Below are positions 41,352 through 51,114 of a stretch of 51,866 nucleotides of DNA, piece by piece. The notes beneath the pieces are model-generated. The model did no database searches and had not been told where the DNA came from. It saw only the letters and a list, made by a program, of their open reading frames with translations. The stretch lies in assembly GCA_044338875.1 (NCBI GenBank), contig JBIIWM010000001.1:1-51866 (forward strand), read 5' to 3'. Source of the DNA: Pseudohongiellaceae bacterium (GTDB lineage: Bacteria; Pseudomonadota; Gammaproteobacteria; Pseudomonadales; Pseudohongiellaceae). The position numbers and the translations under genes were made by a program. Each line of letters starts with the position of its first letter. Positions within the stretch are counted from its first letter, which is position 1.

Positions 41352-41532
41352 CGGGCATATACTTATGGCACCCTCAGCAAGAATCTGTTAGCGTAGCGCG
41401 CTTTCCTGAAGCAGGGTTTGTACTATGTAGCATGTGAAATACGCTGCCTTGTTGTCCCAGATTGAACCAGCGTTTTCACTGCCGTATCCGTAACGAATAG
41501 AATTTTTGCAACGACGAAGCAGGGAATCCGAG

Positions 41533-42597
41533 ATGGCAACCAACAAAACTGCAAAAACCAAAGTGGCTGGCAAAGTCGCTAGCAAAGTGGCTGGCAAACC
41601 AGCCCCCAAAGTTGCGAGCAAAACTGCCACAAAGGTAAAGGCCAAGCCCGTAGTGCACAAACCCGCTAAAACAAAAACCATCGAAAAAGCGGCGAGTCCA
41701 AAATCGTCCATGGGTAAATCGGCCAGCAGCAAAAAGCCTCAGGCCAAACCAGCCTCGAAGGCGTCTGCCAAACCAGCCGCCAAACCGGCCGCCAAACAAG
41801 TAGCATCCAACAAACAAGTAGCACCCAAGGCCAAAGTCGCCGTTAAAAGCAGCTCCGCCCCAAAGAGCAAGGCGCCAGTAAAAGCAAGCCAGCCGAAGGC
41901 ACAACCGAAGGCACAACCGAAGGCACAACCAAAAGCACAGCCAAAAGCACAGCCAACGGCAAAACCGACAGTCCAGCCCAAAAGTGTACCTGTCAAAATT
42001 GCACCAAAACCCGCGGCCACAAAATCAGTGAAGCCGATTCCGACAACCAAGCCAGATATCAGCAAGACCAGCATAAGTATGAGCAGCAAAGCAGCAAGCA
42101 GCACCCCGACTCCAGCCAAACCGGCTGCAGCCACCAAAGCCTCCAAAGCCCCTGTAAAACCCGTGACCACCACGATCAATGGTGATGGCAAGGGCTTCAT
42201 CCCTTATGACATCAAGAAGGGTGAGGACTACATGAATGAAAAGCAAAAAGAGCATTTCAAACGCATCCTGCTTGATTGGCGCAACGAGTTAATGCAGGAA
42301 GTCGACCGCACAGTGCATCACATGCAGGATGAGGCAGCAAACCCGCCAGACCCTGCTGACAGGGCCACGCTGGAGGAAGAGTTCAGCATCGAGCTGCGCA
42401 CCCGTGATCGCGAGCGCAGGCTAATCAAGAAAATCGACAGTACTATCGAACTGATCGCCAACGATGACTACGGCTATTGCGATTCCTGCGGTGTGGAAAT
42501 CGGCATCAGACGTCTTGAAGCCCGACCGACTGCCAACAAGTGCATCGACTGCAAGACCCTGGATGAAATCAAGGAAAAACAGCTCGGCAGTGCCTGA
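41533..42597 (+). CDS. dksA: RNA polymerase-binding factor DksA with a long Lys/Ala/Pro-rich (histone H1 / AlgP-like) N-terminal extension
   Basis: The C-terminal ~145 aa are canonical DksA ([27 protein letters not shown]...CIDC zinc finger). The frame stays open ~210 codons upstream to an ATG at 41533 preceded by AGGGA. gluQ follows, as in E. coli. Confidence 0.85.
   Translation: MATNKTAKTKVAGKVASKVAGKPAPKVASKTATKVKAKPVVHKPAKTKTIEKAASPKSSMGKSASSKKPQAKPASKASAKPAAKPAAKQVASNKQVAPKAKVAVKSSSAPKSKAPVKASQPKAQPKAQPKAQPKAQPKAQPTAKPTVQPKSVPVKIAPKPAATKSVKPIPTTKPDISKTSISMSSKAASSTPTPAKPAAATKASKAPVKPVTTTINGDGKGFIPYDIKKGEDYMNEKQKEHFKRILLDWRNELMQEVDRTVHHMQDEAANPPDPADRATLEEEFSIELRTRDRERRLIKKIDSTIELIANDDYGYCDSCGVEIGIRRLEARPTANKCIDCKTLDEIKEKQLGSA
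41890..41961 (+). repeat. Six tandem in-frame 12-bp units (CAR CCR AAR GCA = QPKA) inside the dksA extension
   Basis: Read directly: QPKA x5 followed by QPTA. Confidence 0.9.
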
Positions 42598-43519
42598 TTC
42601 CTCCACCCGCAACAACGACCTTCTGTACCGAGGGCGCTTTGCGCCCTCACCCACGGGACCCTTGCATGCGGGTTCCGTCATGGCCGCCCTGGCCAGTTAT
42701 CTCGATGCCAAATCCAATGCCGGGCGCTGGTATGTCCGTATCGAAGATCTGGATCCGCCAAGGGAGATCCCTGGCGCAACGGATCAGATCTTGCGCACAC
42801 TGGACCGCCTCGGTCTGCACTGGGATGGCGAAATCGTTTTTCAGAGCCAGCGGTTTGCAGACTACGAGATGATCCTGGACAGTCTGGCAAGCCAGAGTCT
42901 CGCCTACTATTGCACCTGCTCGCGCGGTATTTTGGCCGGTGGTAGTGATAGCGCTTATCCCGGTTATTGTCGCGACCGCCACTTGCCCCGACAGGCAGGT
43001 GCTGCGATTCGCTGCAAGGTCGATAACCATCCGGTCACTTTCACCGACAGAATGCAGGGAAGTTGCACCCAACAACTGGAAACATGCATCGGTGATTTCG
43101 TCATCAAGCGCAAGGATGGCTTGCATGCCTATCAACTTGCCGTAGTGGTTGATGATGGCTGGCAACAGATCACTCATGTGGTCAGGGGTATTGACCTGCT
43201 GGATTCGACACCGCGCCAGATCCACCTGCAAGGCCTGCTGGGATTACCAACCCCTTCCTATGCACACATTCCGGTATTGATTAACCAGCACCAGCAAAAA
43301 ATCAGCAAACAGAACCTGGCACAGGCTGTCGACGCCAGCGCACCTGCAAAGGTATTGTTCCAGGCCCTGACCTACCTGCAACAACAACCTGACCCCAGCC
43401 TTGTGCGGGCAGACCGCAATACCGTAATGGAATGGGGAATCGCCCACTGGAACCCCGCGCGCCTGGCCGGCATTGGCCAAGTGCCTGAAATTGCTGCTTC
43501 CTCGCCAGCTGCGGTATGA
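42590..43519 (+). CDS. gluQ: Glutamyl-Q tRNA(Asp) synthetase
   Basis: About 309 aa; [33 protein letters not shown]-like KISKQN. The start is taken at GTG 42590, which overlaps the dksA stop. An ATG at 42563 is the alternative. Confidence 0.88.
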   Translation: MPDSSTRNNDLLYRGRFAPSPTGPLHAGSVMAALASYLDAKSNAGRWYVRIEDLDPPREIPGATDQILRTLDRLGLHWDGEIVFQSQRFADYEMILDSLASQSLAYYCTCSRGILAGGSDSAYPGYCRDRHLPRQAGAAIRCKVDNHPVTFTDRMQGSCTQQLETCIGDFVIKRKDGLHAYQLAVVVDDGWQQITHVVRGIDLLDSTPRQIHLQGLLGLPTPSYAHIPVLINQHQQKISKQNLAQAVDASAPAKVLFQALTYLQQQPDPSLVRADRNTVMEWGIAHWNPARLAGIGQVPEIAASSPAAV

Positions 43520-43556
43520 TCCCCCGCTCCTCCTGGAAGGAATCGACACAAAGCAC

Positions 43557-43721
43557 ATGCGCCGATCATTTCTGATCCTGATTTTCATATTCCTGAGCGC
43601 GGTCACTGTGATTCAGGCGTTCGGATCCGTATGGCGCTGGTACAGTCCATTTCTCATGGCGCTTGGCATCATTATCTTCGCCGCCCTGATACAACAGAAG
43701 CCCAGACACGATGAGTTTTGA
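43557..43721 (+). CDS. cbrX-like small membrane ORF overlapping the cbrA start
   Basis: 54 aa with two predicted TM helices (FLILIFIFLSAVTVIQAF, FLMALGIIIFAALI). Its stop TGA lies 11 nt inside cbrA. A small coupled upstream ORF (cbrX) has been described for Pseudomonas cbrA. Confidence 0.5.
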   Translation: MRRSFLILIFIFLSAVTVIQAFGSVWRWYSPFLMALGIIIFAALIQQKPRHDEF

Positions 43722-46689
43722 CACTTCCACGCTCATGCTGGCGGCTGGGCTTTATCTTCTACTTCTCTATGCGGTCGCCTGGATCACCGATAAGGGCCAC
43801 ATACCGAAACGCCTGCTAAATCATCCCGCGCTCTATGTACTTTCGCTGGCTGTCATCGTCAACACCTGGTCTTTCTATACTGCCTATATATCAGCTTCCC
43901 AGCGCGGATTTGGCTATAACTCTTACTATATCGGTTACGCCGCTGCCTTCCTGCTGGCACCGATACTGCTCAAGCCGGTATTGCAGATCACCAAGACGTA
44001 TCACCTGAGTTCATTGCCCGATCTCTTTGCCTTTCGCTTTCGCAGCCAGTGGGCCGGCGTGCTCAGCAGCCTGATCATTCTCACGTGCATTTTTCCGCTG
44101 ATAGGGCTGCAGATCTATTCAGTAGCCGCCAGCACTGAGTTTTTGGCTCCTGAAGCCAATCCAAAACTGGTCGCTCTCGCCTACTGCCTGATCCTGATTT
44201 TATTTACTCTGCGGTTCGGCACCCGGGACGTCACCGGACGTGAACGCAATGACAGTATTGTGGTGGCGCTGGCCTTCGAGGCCATCTTCAAGATACTCAT
44301 CCTGATGTTTGCTGGCGCTTTCGCCATCTGGGGAATTTTTAACGGCATGGGAGATCTGCAAGGCTGGCTCGATTCGCAGCCGCCGCAGGTCACCAGGCTC
44401 AACCTGTCATTTCTCGAGAACACGTCTAATCTGTTGGTACTGCTGTTTTTCACAGCGGCCATTGCGATGCCGCACATGTTCCACCTGATCTTCCATGAGA
44501 ACCGCAACTCCCAACATCTGGAAACCGCCAGCTGGGGCATGCCCATGTACCTGCTATTGGCCAGCCTGCCGGTGCTCCCGGTGTTTTGGGCAAGCACTCA
44601 TCTGGGCACAGAAAACCAGCCACAATTTTCCATTCTGTTCCTCGGTATGCTCAGCAATCATCCACTGGTCACGCTGTTGATGTATACAGGCGCCGTGGCA
44701 GCCTCCTGCGGCATGGTCATCGTGCTGGCAGTATCGACATCCAGCCTATGCCTCAACCATCTGGTGCTGCCACTGAAACAGCCGCCGACTGGTGTCAATC
44801 TTTACCGCTGGCTGCTGCTTGGCAAACGCTTGCTAGTAGCGGCTATTCTGCTCGGTGGCTATTTTACTTATCTAGCCAATGCCAACGGCGCACGCATCCT
44901 TGACATCGGGTTCATTGCCTTTATCGCCTGTGTCCAGTTTTTACCTGGCATCCTCACCATGCTGTATTGGCCTGCAGCGAACAGCAAAGGCTTCATCAGC
45001 GGGTTGCTCAGCGGGTTTGTGATCTGGTTCTCGCTGGGACTGGTGCCACTCTGGTTCGACCATGCGTGGTTCGATATCAGCTATGTAATCCCGGACATCA
45101 TCAACTGGAACTTCGTTGCCAGCGCCTCGATGCTAGCCAATCTGTGTACGCTGGTTGTGGTTTCCCTGTTCACCACAACCAGCAGGGACGAGCGCCTGGC
45201 TGCGCGCATGTGCTCCATGGACAGTCTGGCCCAGCCCAACAAGAGACGCCTGCTGGCAAATACTCCCAGTGATTTCATCGGCTGCCTGAGTGTTCCGCTG
45301 GGTATTGAAACTGCGCGCAAGGAAGTAATACAGGCACTGGGAGACCTTGGCCTGGATGAACGTGAAACCCGCCCTTATTACCTGCAACAACTCAGGGTTC
45401 AGACTGAAGCCAATCTCTCAGCCCTGCTGGGCCCCACCATTGCGCATCAACTCATGGAAAGTTACCTGCCCTTCAGCAACGCCACCACAGAGTCATCCAG
45501 TTCCGATCTAAGCTTCATGGAGCAGCATCTGGAGAGCTGGCCGATCAACTTGAGCGGGATTGCGCTGGATCTGGACTTGCTCAGGCGCCACCACCGCCAG
45601 GTATTGCAAAACCTGCCACTTGGAATCTGCGCGGTGGACTCTCAGGATCTCGTCAGCATGTGGAACCACGCAATGACCACGCTAACAGGCGTAGCGGCAG
45701 ATAAAATTACCGGGATGCCGGCAAGTACCTTACCCCAGCCTTGGCGCGCTCTGATTACGGATTTCATCAAGGACAGCAGCTGCACGCATGTATCCCGCAC
45801 GAAACTGGAAACGAATGGCAAACAGTACAGCCTGAGCCTGCATAAAGCCGCCTTGTCCCACCCTTCTGCCGGGAATGAAAATGGCAAGAACCGTCCAAAT
45901 ACAGCCAACAGGCAGGAAAAGTCTGGCCAGATCGTCATCATCGAAGATCAGACTGAAACCAGCATGTTGGAGGCCGAATTGGCACATGCCGAACGATTGA
46001 GCTCCATAGGGCAACTAGCTGCGGGCGTGGCGCATGAGATAGGCAATCCGGTCACAGGCATTGCCTGCCTGGCACAAAACATGCGGGATGAAACTGCCGA
46101 CCCGGAGATGAAGCAGATCGCTGAGCAAATCATTCAGCAGACACGCCGCATCTCCAGCATCATGCATTCGCTGGTGAGCTTCTCGCACAGCGGGATGCAG
46201 GCAGACCAACCCTCACGTCATGAAGCCATTTCCTTGCATGCACTCACGAAAGAAGCTATCCAGCTGATGTCACTGCAAGGGGACGTTCGCAAGGTAAGTC
46301 TCGAAAACGCTTGCGACGAGAACATCCAGATCCACAGTGATCGCCAGCGCATGCTCCAGGTTCTCCTGAACCTGCTTTCCAACGCCCGTGATGCCAGTGA
46401 GGCCGGATCTTCCGTTGTGGTCACCAATTCCGTCAGCGATAAGCAGGCGAGCCTTATGGTCACAGACCTGGGCTGCGGGATCCCACCCGGTATCCAGGAC
46501 CGGATCTTCGAGCCTTTTTTCACCACCAAGGATCCTGGCAAAGGCACCGGGCTTGGGTTGCCACTGGTTTACCGGATCATTTCAGACCTGGGAGGTTCTA
46601 TCCAGATTGTGAGCCGAGGTGCTACTGTGGGTGAAAAAGGAACACGAGTAATTGTTACGTTTCCTTGCTATGATCCGGCCCCCGGCTAG
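43711..46689 (+). CDS. cbrA: CbrA-like sensor histidine kinase (N-terminal sodium:solute-symporter-type domain + PAS + HisKA/HATPase)
   Basis: 992 aa with a ~480-aa multi-TM SSF-like domain, a PAS domain, the H-box AHEIGNP, and N/G boxes ([17 protein letters not shown]). It lies upstream of cbrB and after dksA-gluQ, as in Pseudomonas. Confidence 0.85.
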   Translation: MSFDTSTLMLAAGLYLLLLYAVAWITDKGHIPKRLLNHPALYVLSLAVIVNTWSFYTAYISASQRGFGYNSYYIGYAAAFLLAPILLKPVLQITKTYHLSSLPDLFAFRFRSQWAGVLSSLIILTCIFPLIGLQIYSVAASTEFLAPEANPKLVALAYCLILILFTLRFGTRDVTGRERNDSIVVALAFEAIFKILILMFAGAFAIWGIFNGMGDLQGWLDSQPPQVTRLNLSFLENTSNLLVLLFFTAAIAMPHMFHLIFHENRNSQHLETASWGMPMYLLLASLPVLPVFWASTHLGTENQPQFSILFLGMLSNHPLVTLLMYTGAVAASCGMVIVLAVSTSSLCLNHLVLPLKQPPTGVNLYRWLLLGKRLLVAAILLGGYFTYLANANGARILDIGFIAFIACVQFLPGILTMLYWPAANSKGFISGLLSGFVIWFSLGLVPLWFDHAWFDISYVIPDIINWNFVASASMLANLCTLVVVSLFTTTSRDERLAARMCSMDSLAQPNKRRLLANTPSDFIGCLSVPLGIETARKEVIQALGDLGLDERETRPYYLQQLRVQTEANLSALLGPTIAHQLMESYLPFSNATTESSSSDLSFMEQHLESWPINLSGIALDLDLLRRHHRQVLQNLPLGICAVDSQDLVSMWNHAMTTLTGVAADKITGMPASTLPQPWRALITDFIKDSSCTHVSRTKLETNGKQYSLSLHKAALSHPSAGNENGKNRPNTANRQEKSGQIVIIEDQTETSMLEAELAHAERLSSIGQLAAGVAHEIGNPVTGIACLAQNMRDETADPEMKQIAEQIIQQTRRISSIMHSLVSFSHSGMQADQPSRHEAISLHALTKEAIQLMSLQGDVRKVSLENACDENIQIHSDRQRMLQVLLNLLSNARDASEAGSSVVVTNSVSDKQASLMVTDLGCGIPPGIQDRIFEPFFTTKDPGKGTGLGLPLVYRIISDLGGSIQIVSRGATVGEKGTRVIVTFPCYDPAPG

Positions 46690-46916
46690 TTCCGGGCCTG
46701 GATTCAGGGCCGAATCCCCAAAAAATAATAAATATTATCAATAAGTTAAGCCGAGACTTAATGCAGCGATAACATAGTTGCAGGTGGACTATCCGCAGCT
46801 TCCCGACTAACTCCGGATTGTTACAGCAGCGGCAAAATGAGTAGCACTCTGCAGGGTTCCAACAGCTCTAACAAACAGATCCAACAACTGCCCGAACAGA
46901 AGTCACGAGTAACGCC

Positions 46917-48304
<1,388 letters not shown>

Positions 48305-48308
<4 letters not shown>

Positions 48309-48366
48309 CCCCCCCTTTCGTTACCGTGTTACTGCCGCCGGTTACACCCCTTAACCTTACGTAACA
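48305..48366. promoter_or_regulatory. Cluster of GTTAC/GTAAC half-sites; candidate CbrB upstream activating sequence
   Basis: GTAAC at 48305, GTTAC at 48320, TGTTAC at 48327-48332, GGTTACA at 48340-48346 and GTAACA at 48361-48366. The Pseudomonas CbrB site is reported as TGTTAC-N14-GTAACA. Here the spacings are 15 and 28 nt. Confidence 0.5.
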
Positions 48367-48452
48367 GAAACCTCTGTTTTCAGAATCTGCTCATTTTTTT
48401 ATTTTATACCCATCTCTTTGATTTAATTGTAATTTATGCAGAACTCCTGACT

Positions 48453-48468
48453 TGGCACGAATGCTGCT
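48453..48468 (+). promoter_or_regulatory. Sigma54 (-24/-12) promoter TGGCAC-GAATG-CTGCT
   Basis: GG at 48454-48455 and GC at 48466-48467 have the canonical 10-nt spacing. An AT-rich stretch (48385-48445) lies between it and the UAS. Confidence 0.75.
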
Positions 48469-48478
48469 TTACACGTTG

Positions 48479-48776
48479 CAGTGGCTTGCAGCCAAAACGG
48501 CAACAACAATAACAAGCAAGTGCACCATTGATACTGCTCCATCGGGCCACTTTTACCAAAAATAAATAGTGGTCAGCAGACTGAACAAGACTGAAACATC
48601 AGCAACAGCTCTGTTGGGCAGCGTCATTCAGCAGTCAAGGGAGTCTCCTTGCGTGTTGGTCTTTGACCGCCGAGATAAAAAAGTGAAGGCATGGACGTCT
48701 GTCAACCTGAATAACAACAAAAACGACTTGATGCTTCTAAACCCGGTGAGGGTGACCTCACCGGGTTTTATATTTT
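48479..48776 (+). ncRNA. crcZ: CrcZ-like A-rich (AAN)n Hfq/Crc-sequestering small RNA (~300 nt)
   Basis: It has a sigma54 promoter and a UAS, and sits between cbrB and pcnB. (AAN)n tracts lie at 48501-48516, 48558-48568 and 48710-48724, with shorter ones at 48583-48608 and 48675-48683. The first two tracts sit in loops closed by CUUGC/GCAAG and CCACU/AGUGG. It ends at a strong terminator and contains no credible ORF. Confidence 0.65.
48739..48776 (+). terminator. Rho-independent terminator of the CrcZ-like RNA
   Basis: 11-bp perfect stem ACCCGGTGAGG/CCTCACCGGGT with a GTGA tetraloop, followed by TTTATATTTT. Confidence 0.8.
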
Positions 48777-48923
48777 CCGGGTACTGGATAATCCATCCGG
48801 ACTCTTCTTGCCGGTTCCTGGCTCAAGCAGTTTTCCGGGTTCAAGCAGTCGGCTACCTACCTGACCACTGGTCTGCGGTGTAGAATGGACCAATTACTCT
48901 ATTAGTCCTTTCAGGTATTCACC

Positions 48924-50318
48924 ATTACAGACTCAGGATCAACAGGCGGGGGCTCAGGCTACCCTGCACTTCGGATCATCGGCAGGGCCGAACACGGGAT
49001 ATCCAGACAACAGATAAGCCCTAACAGCCTGAAAGTGCTCTACAAGCTCAATGACGCCGGGTTTCATGCCTACATCGTCGGCGGTGGTGTGCGCGATCTG
49101 CTCCTCGGCTTACAGCCCAAGGATTTCGATATCGCCACCGATGCCACCCCTGAAGAAATCAGGGATCTGTTTCGCAATTCCCGTCTCATCGGTCGCCGCT
49201 TTCGCATAGTGCATGTACATTTCGGACGTGAAATCATCGAGGTCTCCACCTTCCGGGCGCTGACCTCCGACTCCGTCGAAATCGTCGAGGGCGGGCTTTC
49301 GCGTCATGAAAGCAAACTGGACTCCGTGCACTCCAGCAACGGCATGATCTTGCGCGACAACGTCTTCGGCTCGATTGAGGAAGATGTATTGCGGCGCGAC
49401 TTCACCGTCAATGCGCTTTATTACACCGTAAAGAATTTTGAAGTTCACGATTTTGTCGATGGCATGGCCGACATTGATCTGCGTTGCCTGCGCATGATCG
49501 GCGATCCTGAACAGCGTTATCGCGAAGATCCGGTAAGAATACTGAGGGCGATACGTCTTGCCGCCAAACTCAATTTCAAACTCGCCAAGGAAACCGAAGA
49601 TCCGCTGAAACCTTGCGCACAATTGCTGGATTCCATCCCTGCAGCCCGCTTGTTTGACGAATTCATGAAACTTTTCTTCTCCGGCCACGGCGAACGTACC
49701 TACGAATTGCTGCGTGAGTATGGCGTCTTCGACATCCTGTTTCCCGAAACCGGGCGTGCCTTGAACCAGGACAAGAGTGGTCGCTACGACCAACTACTGC
49801 GCAAGGCATTTGCCAGCACTGATGCTCGCATCAACGAAGACAAGAGCGTGACTCCTGCATTCTTGCTCGCGGTTATCCTGTGGCCAGACGTGGAGCAACG
49901 TACCAATGCCCTGCTCGCGAAGGGAGTTCCCGGTCTCCAAGCCGTGCACGATGCCGGCAATGAGTCGTTGATGGCGCAATTGCAGCGCATTTCCATCCCC
50001 AAACGTTTCAGCATGCCTATGCGCGAAATCTGGGATCTGCAGATGCGACTGAACAATCGCAAAGGAAAACGCGCTGAATTGTTGCTGGCACACAAACGCT
50101 TCCGCGCCGCCTACGACTTCCTGATCCTGCGTGAAGCCACCGGTGAAAACCTGGATGGCCTGGGCACATGGTGGACGGAATTCCAGCAGGCCAACCCCGA
50201 ACGCCAGGTGGAATTGCAGTCCACAGTAGAGGAAGGCACGCGGGTTCCAAAATCGCGCAGACGCAGAGTAAAATCAAGACGCAAGCCGCCTGCGGAAGGC
50301 GCGCCAAACGGCGTCTGA
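48924..50318 (+). CDS. pcnB: Poly(A) polymerase I. The start is uncertain; a non-canonical ATT at 48924 is proposed.
   Basis: GGGVRDLLLG, DFDIAT and RRDFTVNALYY motifs. Conserved residues (RIIGRAEHGISRQQISPNSLKV) lie upstream of the first canonical start (GTG 49035). The frame opens after the TAG at 48903 with no ATG, GTG or TTG in between. Confidence 0.9.
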   Translation: MTDSGSTGGGSGYPALRIIGRAEHGISRQQISPNSLKVLYKLNDAGFHAYIVGGGVRDLLLGLQPKDFDIATDATPEEIRDLFRNSRLIGRRFRIVHVHFGREIIEVSTFRALTSDSVEIVEGGLSRHESKLDSVHSSNGMILRDNVFGSIEEDVLRRDFTVNALYYTVKNFEVHDFVDGMADIDLRCLRMIGDPEQRYREDPVRILRAIRLAAKLNFKLAKETEDPLKPCAQLLDSIPAARLFDEFMKLFFSGHGERTYELLREYGVFDILFPETGRALNQDKSGRYDQLLRKAFASTDARINEDKSVTPAFLLAVILWPDVEQRTNALLAKGVPGLQAVHDAGNESLMAQLQRISIPKRFSMPMREIWDLQMRLNNRKGKRAELLLAHKRFRAAYDFLILREATGENLDGLGTWWTEFQQANPERQVELQSTVEEGTRVPKSRRRRVKSRRKPPAEGAPNGV

Positions 50319-50327
50319 ATTACCCAA

Positions 50328-50359
50328 ACTGAAGCACGGAATGACTGAAGCACGGAATG
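50328..50359. repeat. Perfect 16-bp tandem duplication (ACTGAAGCACGGAATG x2) spanning the deoxynucleoside kinase start codon
   Basis: Read directly: 50328-50343 is identical to 50344-50359. Confidence 0.9.
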
Positions 50360-51037
50360 ACTAGCAACGTGTCCGACCAGAACACAATCAAGCATGTTCC
50401 GCGCTACATTGCTGTAGAAGGGCCCATTGGTGTGGGCAAAACTTCGCTCGCCAAACGCCTGGCTGAAAGTTTCAACTATGAAATACTGCTGGAGAAGAGC
50501 GAAGAAAATCCCTTTCTGGAGCGCTTCTATCACAACCCGCGCCAATTGGCCTTGGCCACCCAGCTGTTCTTCCTGTTCCAGCGCTCGCGCCAGATGCAGG
50601 AGCTGCGCCAGAACGATATGTTCGAACCGGTGCGTGTCGCTGATTTCCTTATGGAAAAAGACAAGCTGTTTGCCAAGCAGAATCTTGATCCGGATGAGTT
50701 CAAGCTCTACGAAGATGTCTACACGCACTTGACCATTGATGCCCCGGTTCCAGATCTCGTCATCTGCCTGCAAGCCCCGGTGGAAGTGTTGATGCAGCGC
50801 ATCCAGAATCGTGGCATCCCTGCAGAAATGCTGATCGAGGAGCAGTATCTGGCCAACCTGATCAGTGCCTATACCGACTTCTTTCATTACTACAACAAAA
50901 GCACCCTGTTGCTCGTCAATTGTGCAGACATGGATTTCGTCAATAACGACGTGGATTATCAGCTGCTGCTCAACCACATCGGCACCATGCGCAAGGGCAC
51001 CCGCAACTACTTCAACCCGCGCCCTGCCTTGCTCTGA
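50357..51037 (+). CDS. Deoxynucleoside kinase family protein
   Basis: 226 aa with P-loop EGPIGVGKTS and the ERFY.NP...A...Q..F motif typical of dNK/dCK/dGK enzymes. Confidence 0.88.
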   Translation: MTSNVSDQNTIKHVPRYIAVEGPIGVGKTSLAKRLAESFNYEILLEKSEENPFLERFYHNPRQLALATQLFFLFQRSRQMQELRQNDMFEPVRVADFLMEKDKLFAKQNLDPDEFKLYEDVYTHLTIDAPVPDLVICLQAPVEVLMQRIQNRGIPAEMLIEEQYLANLISAYTDFFHYYNKSTLLLVNCADMDFVNNDVDYQLLLNHIGTMRKGTRNYFNPRPALL

Positions 51038-51114
51038 ACCACAGGGCACGGCATGCCGTGCCCCTGCCAGCCAGCTCGGGTATAATCGGCACCCCTTACC
51101 AACGGTAATTGATC

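Noticed and set aside
41890-41961. Short regularly spaced repeats that might suggest a CRISPR array or an intergenic VNTR.
   Set aside because: The units are 12 bp, contiguous with no spacers, in frame and inside a coding region. They are a protein-level QPKA repeat, not a CRISPR array.
41388-42200. Three minus-strand ORFs (114, 150 and 153 aa) across the dksA extension. Plus-strand ORFs at 38974-39651 and 39023-39586 lie opposite the coiled-coil lipoprotein.
   Set aside because: They are products of low-complexity, repeat-rich DNA, which stays open in several frames. The sense frames are anchored by a bona fide DksA core and by a lipoprotein signal peptide respectively.
46699-46716. Hairpin GGATTC-AGGGCC-GAATCC just after the cbrA stop, and a TGTTAC half-site at 46819-46824 upstream of cbrB.
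   Set aside because: The 6-bp stem is followed by an A-run rather than a U-run on the sense strand. A single half-site without a partner at the expected spacing is not enough to call a CbrB autoregulatory site.
48569-48883. 104-aa ORF in the cbrB-pcnB spacer.
   Set aside because: It has a GTG start without a ribosome-binding site and runs straight through an 11-bp-stem terminator. Its composition is not protein-like. The region is better explained as the sigma54-driven CrcZ-like RNA.
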